DNA from: a virus
DNA length: 64,000 bases
Direction: 5' to 3' (one strand)
Virus record (IMG/VR): IMGVR_UViG_3300008113_005947
Location: 1 to 64,000 of that record
The translations under genes were made by a program, and so were the position numbers. Below, in pieces: positions 59,053 through 64,000 of the stretch. Position 1 is the first letter of the stretch, and each line of letters starts with the position of its first letter. The notes under the pieces were generated by a model. That model saw nothing but the letters and a program-made list of their open reading frames with translations, was not told where the DNA came from and ran no database searches.

Positions 59053-62000
59053 TATGTATTATTTCCTATCTGTCCAAACGTATTATCACCCCATGTAAAT
59101 AAATTACCATACGCATCAATTGCATTGCTACTATTATTAGTAGCGGCAATATACTTATATATCTTAGTACCTACTTGCATCGGACTACTTCTAGGTAATA
59201 AGCTACTATTATTTAACCCGCCGTTAAGATTGGCTCCCCATGTCCATATTGTACCATTTTGTGCCAATGCTACACTATAACTTTTGCCTGCTTGGACATC
59301 TGTCCAATTGCCTGATACTTGTACTGGACTTGATTTAGTAACAGTAGTACCATCACCTAATTGTCCATTACTATTTGTACCCCATGTCCATAGTGTATTA
59401 TCGATTCTAATTGCTGTAGTGAAATTATCAGATACACTACCTATTATCCAACTATTTGTTCCAATCTGCAATGGGCTACTTCTATTAGACGTTGTTATAT
59501 CTCCTAATTGTCCGAATCCATTATAGCCCCACATATATAATCTACCCAAAGCATCTATTGCCATGCTAGTTGACATACTAGCATTAACAAATGCCCAGCT
59601 ACTTAATAGTCCTATACGAACTGGTCTATCATAAAAATTTCCTTTTCCTGTACCCATTTGTACAGGGCTACTGCGTGAAAGAACATCATTAAATTGTCCC
59701 AATTTTCCAGAGTCGCCTTGACCAGTCACCATAGTAGTATCATTCAATACACCAAATATATTAACACTGCCTGCATATAAATTAGTAAAGCTAAATGATC
59801 CTACTTGCACCGGGCTACTTCTAGATAGAGTATCATTTTGTCCTAACTGTCCCCAAGTATTATCTCCCCATGCCCATATTGTTCCATCAGTTCTTAATGC
59901 ACTAGAGAAACTATAACCTGCACTTATTTGAGTATAACTGCTAGAATTTAATTGTATAGGGGATGGTACTATAGTTTTTAGTGCTGTATCTATTTGTACA
60001 GGACTACTTCTTGAAATTACAGTACCATCACCTAGTTGTCCTGAACTATTCGACCCGAATGTAAATAATACTCCCGCAGAATTTATATATCCTGCTTGAT
60101 TTTCTATACCACTAATTAAATCTGTGTTAGGAAGCTGTTTATATGTTCCAGAAAGTACAATGGGACTTGATTTATTAACTGTGGTATCATCACCTAGTTG
60201 ACCTAATTGATTACGACCCCATCCATACACTACACCACCACTAGTTCCGAGTACCGTAGTTGCAAATGCAGTTACGTCAGTCCAACTACCAGGTACTTGC
60301 ACTGGGCTACTTCTAGCTGTTGTATTATTTTGTCCTAATTGTCCGTATAAATTTTGACCCCATGACCATAAAGTATTATTAGATTGTAATGCTACTACAC
60401 CATATAAAGTAGATACAACTTTAGTCCAAATATTCAATGTACCAACTTGTACTGGGCTACTTCTATTAATTGTAGTTCCACTACCTAAATTTCCATTGAC
60501 ATTGAGACCCCAGGTCCACAGTGTGCCATCTGTTTTTACTATAGCTACATATGATAAACCTTGACAAACTGAACTTATGCCACCGCCAAATATTTGCACA
60601 GGACTACTACGACTAATTGTACTATTATTCCCTAGTTGACCTACGGAGTTACTACCCCAAGCATACAATCCACCATTACTTGTTAAACCTATTGTGTTTC
60701 CATTTGTAGTATAAATTTTAGTCCAATTGAGAGCAGTTCCTATTTGTATCGGACTACTGCGATATATTGTAGTATTATCACCTAGTTGTCCAATATTATT
60801 GTATCCCCATCCATAAAGAACACCAGAAAAATCTACTGCAAACATACTTGCAGAACCAAAATCACCACCTAAGGTTCCTAAAAAGCTAAATGACATTGTA
60901 CTAACTTGCACTGGACTACTTTTTGACACTGTAGTACCATCGCCATATGACGGCGTTGTAACGCCTACAGTTGAACCCCATGCATATAAGTATCCACCAT
61001 TTTTTAATCCAAAAGTAGTAGAACCCATTGATACTTGTAGCCAACTATTAGAAGAAGTTATAGTTGCAAGTTGACCGAATGTATTACTACCCCAAAGATA
61101 TAAGCTATTATTAATCAAACCCATAACGTGTGAACTGCCTGCGGCAATTTGAGTCCAACTACTTGTTCCTATTTGTATAGGGCTACTACGATAACCCATA
61201 TTAGATTCTAAGTTATTTGCTAATACTCCAAATGTTCCATTGCCCCAACTCCATAATGTACCATTACTCTTAGTAGCGATAGTAAAATCACTTTTTATAC
61301 TTACTAAATTCCAACTACCACTAGTTTGTATTGGGATTGAACGAGTGACTGTAGTATTATCACCAACTTGGCCACTAGAGTTAAGTCCCCATACAAATAA
61401 TCTCTTGTCTGTTGTTATTGCGGCACTAAAAGATGCGCCGGCGGTTATTAAACTCCAGCTACTATTACCAACTTGTAACGGGCTGTTTCTAGCTGAGGCT
61501 GAACTTCCAGTACTTGTTTGTGTTGGGCTACCTTTATCAACTGTAGTATTATCACCCAATTGACCTGTAGTGTTAAGTCCCCATGTATTAAAATTACTAA
61601 GAACATCTAGTCCATAAGAACTATATGCACCTGTAGAAACATAAGTCCAACTGCTAGTACTTACTAAAGAAATTTCTCTAACTGCTGTATTTACTATCTG
61701 TACAGGATTACTTCTTGCTATAGTAGTACCATCACCCAACTCACCATTTTTGTTTCCACCAAATGCAATTGCATATCCTTGGCTAGAATAAGCTATAGTA
61801 TGAAACTGAGTGTCAGTACTTGCAGGAATGCCAGCACCACCTGCATATACTTGAGTAAATGATATACCTGTAGATATTTGTACAGGACTACTTGTATTGT
61901 TTATTGTATTATTACCCAACTGTCCTGCAGAATTCAAACCCCAGGTAAATAATCTACCTAGGCTGGTAATCCCGACTGAATGAAAGGTTCCAACAGAAAT

Positions 62001-64000
62001 ATTAGTCCAATTACTGTTACCTACCTGTACAGGACTACTTCTATTAATTGTATCTTCTAATCCAAGTTGTCCTACATCATTTCTTCCCCATGCATATAAT
62101 CCATTATTAAGTTGAATTGCTAAAGTGTGACCACCACTATTGCCGCCGGTTGATACTGCAATCCAGCTACTTGTTCCTATTTGCACAGGGCTACTACGAT
62201 TAATTGTGGTGTTGTCACCTATTTGACCAAGGGAGTTGGAGCCTGAAGCAAATAATCTATAATTAGCATCAATTACCACTGATGTTGAGTCCCCGGCTGA
62301 TATAACAATCCAAGAACTAGAACTTATTTGTACTGGACTGCTACGACTTACTGTTGTAGTGTCACCCAACTGTCCACTGGTATTTAATCCCCAAGCCCAT
62401 AATGTACCGGTAATATTAGTTGCCAATACATGCGTAGTTTTTACACTTACTTTTGTCCAGCTACCTGCAATTTGTACCGGGCTACTGCGTGATACTGTAG
62501 TACCATCACCTAATTGTCCACTGGTATTTAATCCCCAACCCCATAATGTATTATCTGGTTTGATTGCAAATATCGTATCTTTATTGACTGAAGAAGAAAT
62601 CGCTATCCAACTGCTTGTGCCTATTTGTACTGGACTACTGCGTGATACAGTTGTAGTATTATCAAGAAATACACCATTTGATGCTTTACCCCATTGCCAC
62701 AATGAATAATCAAGTCTAGTTGCTAACCCAGTACTAATGAGACTAAACGAATTACCAGAACCTACTTGACTAAATGAGTTAGCTCCCCAACCATATAATA
62801 AACCAGTTGTAGTTATAGCTAATGCATGTGATTCACTTGCAGTAACACTAGACCAACTAGTTGATGTACCTATTTGTATCGGACTTGATTTACTAACAGT
62901 AGTATTATCACCTAATTGATATGAAGTGTCATCACCCCATGCATACAATTTTCCATCAGTTGTAATTCCATATGAAGCATTATAATTACTTGCAATAACA
63001 GACCAATTGCTAGTTCCTAATTGTACTGGACTGCTACGACTTACTGTTGTACTGTCACCCAACTGTCCTACATTATTATATCCCCATGTAAGTAATTTAG
63101 TTGTAGAATTTATTGCTGTGGTAAATCCATCTCCTGTGGTAGACCCGGCTATATTATAAGGATTTAATGTTGTTACTGCCGGTGTACCTGTTGTAAAATA
63201 TGCGGGATTACCAACTTCATTTAACTGCCATCTTGCACTTGAATTACTATAATAAGTAGTATAGGTGTCCATGTAATAATAAGGCAATGCTATACCTGAA
63301 TAATTATACTGACCTATACCCAATCCTGCATATTGAACAGTACCTGATATACTTGCGGGTGCGCCAGCACCGGTTGAACCTACTTGATTATAATTATATG
63401 GTATTCTAGCTGGTGTAAAACTAGCATTATACATTGCTTGACCGGATATAATACGAAGTCCGTGGATATAACCGTTCCAATATGAATTTGAGGCTCCGCC
63501 TCCATTGGCACCAATAACTAATATTGTTTGTACTGTAATAGCAGTAAGTGTCGTAGTACCAGTTAAGGTTTGGCTTATACCATTAATGTATATTGATATT
63601 GCTCCGGCATTTACACTAATTGCAATATGAGTCCATGTACTAGCTGATATAGCATTTACTGTTACCGTGCTTGTAGTTCCGCCGGCACCGCCTATATTTA
63701 ATAATCCATACTCAACTTGTCTACTACTATTTATACTAACAGCAAAATTATTAGTAGATGCTGTGCCACTATTTCCTGCAATTACGGATCTTACCGCACC
63801 GCCGGTATAATAAACCCAAGCCTCAAACGTGTAGGTATTAGCCAATGCTGTTGGTATACCAGTACCTGTATACCAACTAGATGATCCGTTAAAACTTACA
63901 CTATATGCTTGAATAGTAGTATCAGGTTTGCCACCTGCAGAAACAAGATTCCAATTAGTTTCTGATCCTATCTGTGTAGGGGTACTACGATTAATCGTTG
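59052..64000 (-). CDS. Giant RCC1/BLIP-II repeat protein with an inserted LamG/ConA-like domain (5'-partial, runs off the window)
   Basis: The frame stays open from 63845 to the window edge (TINRSTPTQIGSETNWNLVSAGG...). LamG motifs TFEAWVY, WTHIAIS, IYING, WNGYIHGLRI. Confidence 0.9.
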   Translation of the reverse strand, partial: TINRSTPTQIGSETNWNLVSAGGKPDTTIQAYSVSFNGSSSWYTGTGIPTALANTYTFEAWVYYTGGAVRSVIAGNSGTASTNNFAVSINSSRQVEYGLLNIGGAGGTTSTVTVNAISASTWTHIAISVNAGAISIYINGISQTLTGTTTLTAITVQTILVIGANGGGASNSYWNGYIHGLRIISGQAMYNASFTPARIPYNYNQVGSTGAGAPASISGTVQYAGLGIGQYNYSGIALPYYYMDTYTTYYSNSSARWQLNEVGNPAYFTTGTPAVTTLNPYNIAGSTTGDGFTTAINSTTKLLTWGYNNVGQLGDSTTVSRSSPVQLGTSNWSVIASNYNASYGITTDGKLYAWGDDTSYQLGDNTTVSKSSPIQIGTSTSWSSVTASESHALAITTTGLLYGWGANSFSQVGSGNSFSLISTGLATRLDYSLWQWGKASNGVFLDNTTTVSRSSPVQIGTSSWIAISSSVNKDTIFAIKPDNTLWGWGLNTSGQLGDGTTVSRSSPVQIAGSWTKVSVKTTHVLATNITGTLWAWGLNTSGQLGDTTTVSRSSPVQISSSSWIVISAGDSTSVVIDANYRLFASGSNSLGQIGDNTTINRSSPVQIGTSSWIAVSTGGNSGGHTLAIQLNNGLYAWGRNDVGQLGLEDTINRSSPVQVGNSNWTNISVGTFHSVGITSLGRLFTWGLNSAGQLGNNTINNTSSPVQISTGISFTQVYAGGAGIPASTDTQFHTIAYSSQGYAIAFGGNKNGELGDGTTIARSNPVQIVNTAVREISLVSTSSWTYVSTGAYSSYGLDVLSNFNTWGLNTTGQLGDNTTVDKGSPTQTSTGSSASARNSPLQVGNSSWSLITAGASFSAAITTDKRLFVWGLNSSGQVGDNTTVTRSIPIQTSGSWNLVSIKSDFTIATKSNGTLWSWGNGTFGVLANNLESNMGYRSSPIQIGTSSWTQIAAGSSHVMGLINNSLYLWGSNTFGQLATITSSNSWLQVSMGSTTFGLKNGGYLYAWGSTVGVTTPSYGDGTTVSKSSPVQVSTMSFSFLGTLGGDFGSASMFAVDFSGVLYGWGYNNIGQLGDNTTIYRSSPIQIGTALNWTKIYTTNGNTIGLTSNGGLYAWGSNSVGQLGNNSTISRSSPVQIFGGGISSVCQGLSYVAIVKTDGTLWTWGLNVNGNLGSGTTINRSSPVQVGTLNIWTKVVSTLYGVVALQSNNTLWSWGQNLYGQLGQNNTTARSSPVQVPGSWTDVTAFATTVLGTSGGVVYGWGRNQLGQLGDDTTVNKSSPIVLSGTYKQLPNTDLISGIENQAGYINSAGVLFTFGSNSSGQLGDGTVISRSSPVQIDTALKTIVPSPIQLNSSSYTQISAGYSFSSALRTDGTIWAWGDNTWGQLGQNDTLSRSSPVQVGSFSFTNLYAGSVNIFGVLNDTTMVTGQGDSGKLGQFNDVLSRSSPVQMGTGKGNFYDRPVRIGLLSSWAFVNASMSTSMAIDALGRLYMWGYNGFGQLGDITTSNRSSPLQIGTNSWIIGSVSDNFTTAIRIDNTLWTWGTNSNGQLGDGTTVTKSSPVQVSGNWTDVQAGKSYSVALAQNGTIWTWGANLNGGLNNSSLLPRSSPMQVGTKIYKYIAATNNSSNAIDAYGNLFTWGDNTFGQIGNNT

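Larger units (their letters stand above)
34385..64000 (-). repeat. Coding repeat array of about 150-165 bp with conserved core CG(T/C)AGTAG(T/C)CC(A/T)GTACA(A/G) (RSSPVQ)
   Basis: tgtac(a/t)gg(a/g)ctact recurs throughout about 29.6 kb on the plus strand. Confidence 0.9.

Noticed and set aside
49735-59054. Giant-gene junctions as simple sequencing frameshifts or pseudogenisation
   Set aside because: Both are clean stop/start overlaps at the same repeat position, and gene 3 has extra N-terminal residues (MSI) beyond the repeat consensus. Disfavoured, although a read-level check is still needed.
34545-62709. Many plus-strand ORFs of 60-140 aa (CTGLLR, PNCP motifs)
   Set aside because: They are antisense shadows of the RCC1 repeat codons.
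63843-63845. Start codon of the 1597-aa ORF
   Set aside because: It is an internal TTG. The frame stays open with repeat sequence up to the window edge.
34385-64000. CRISPR-like regularly spaced DNA repeats
   Set aside because: The repeats are degenerate at third codon positions, lie in frame within long ORFs and encode RSSPVQ. There are no cas genes.
1-64000. Alternative genetic code, or eukaryotic virus origin suggested by RCC1 repeats
   Set aside because: Standard code gives full-length genes ending in TAA, TAG and TGA. Operons, Shine-Dalgarno sites, sigma70 promoters, PAAR and SleB indicate a bacteriophage.
1-64000. tRNA/rRNA genes, transposases, integrase, DGR reverse transcriptase
   Set aside because: No recognisable motifs were seen, and there is almost no intergenic space.

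Overview
AT-rich, densely coding window that is most likely part of a large myovirus-like (T4-like or jumbo) bacteriophage genome. The evidence is class Ia nrdAB plus glutaredoxin, a PAAR spike, a SleB-type wall hydrolase, TAAATA late-type promoters and sigma70 promoters. There are four blocks. (1) 1-700: tandem leftward sigma70 promoters, a leader ORF and an attenuator-like terminator. (2) 738-23190: a 22-kb modification-enzyme island with 6 radical SAM proteins, 7 AspH-like Fe/2OG oxygenase genes (8 domains), glycosyl-, methyl-, acyl- and phospho-transferase-like genes, a phosphatase and a minimal adenylating enzyme. (3) 23240-34327: baseplate/PAAR genes, the ribonucleotide reductase module and three glycosyl/methyltransferases. 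(4) 34385-64000: three translationally coupled giant RCC1/BLIP-II repeat genes (>1600, 3105 and 5117 aa). The most striking observation is in block 4. The repeats parse like nested parentheses, with runs of exactly 7 repeats inserted into one loop of another repeat, up to three insertions deep. Both gene boundaries fall at that same loop. This suggests a branched multi-propeller assembly of about 10,000 residues whose blades are completed between chains. All product calls come from motif recognition by eye; no searches were run.
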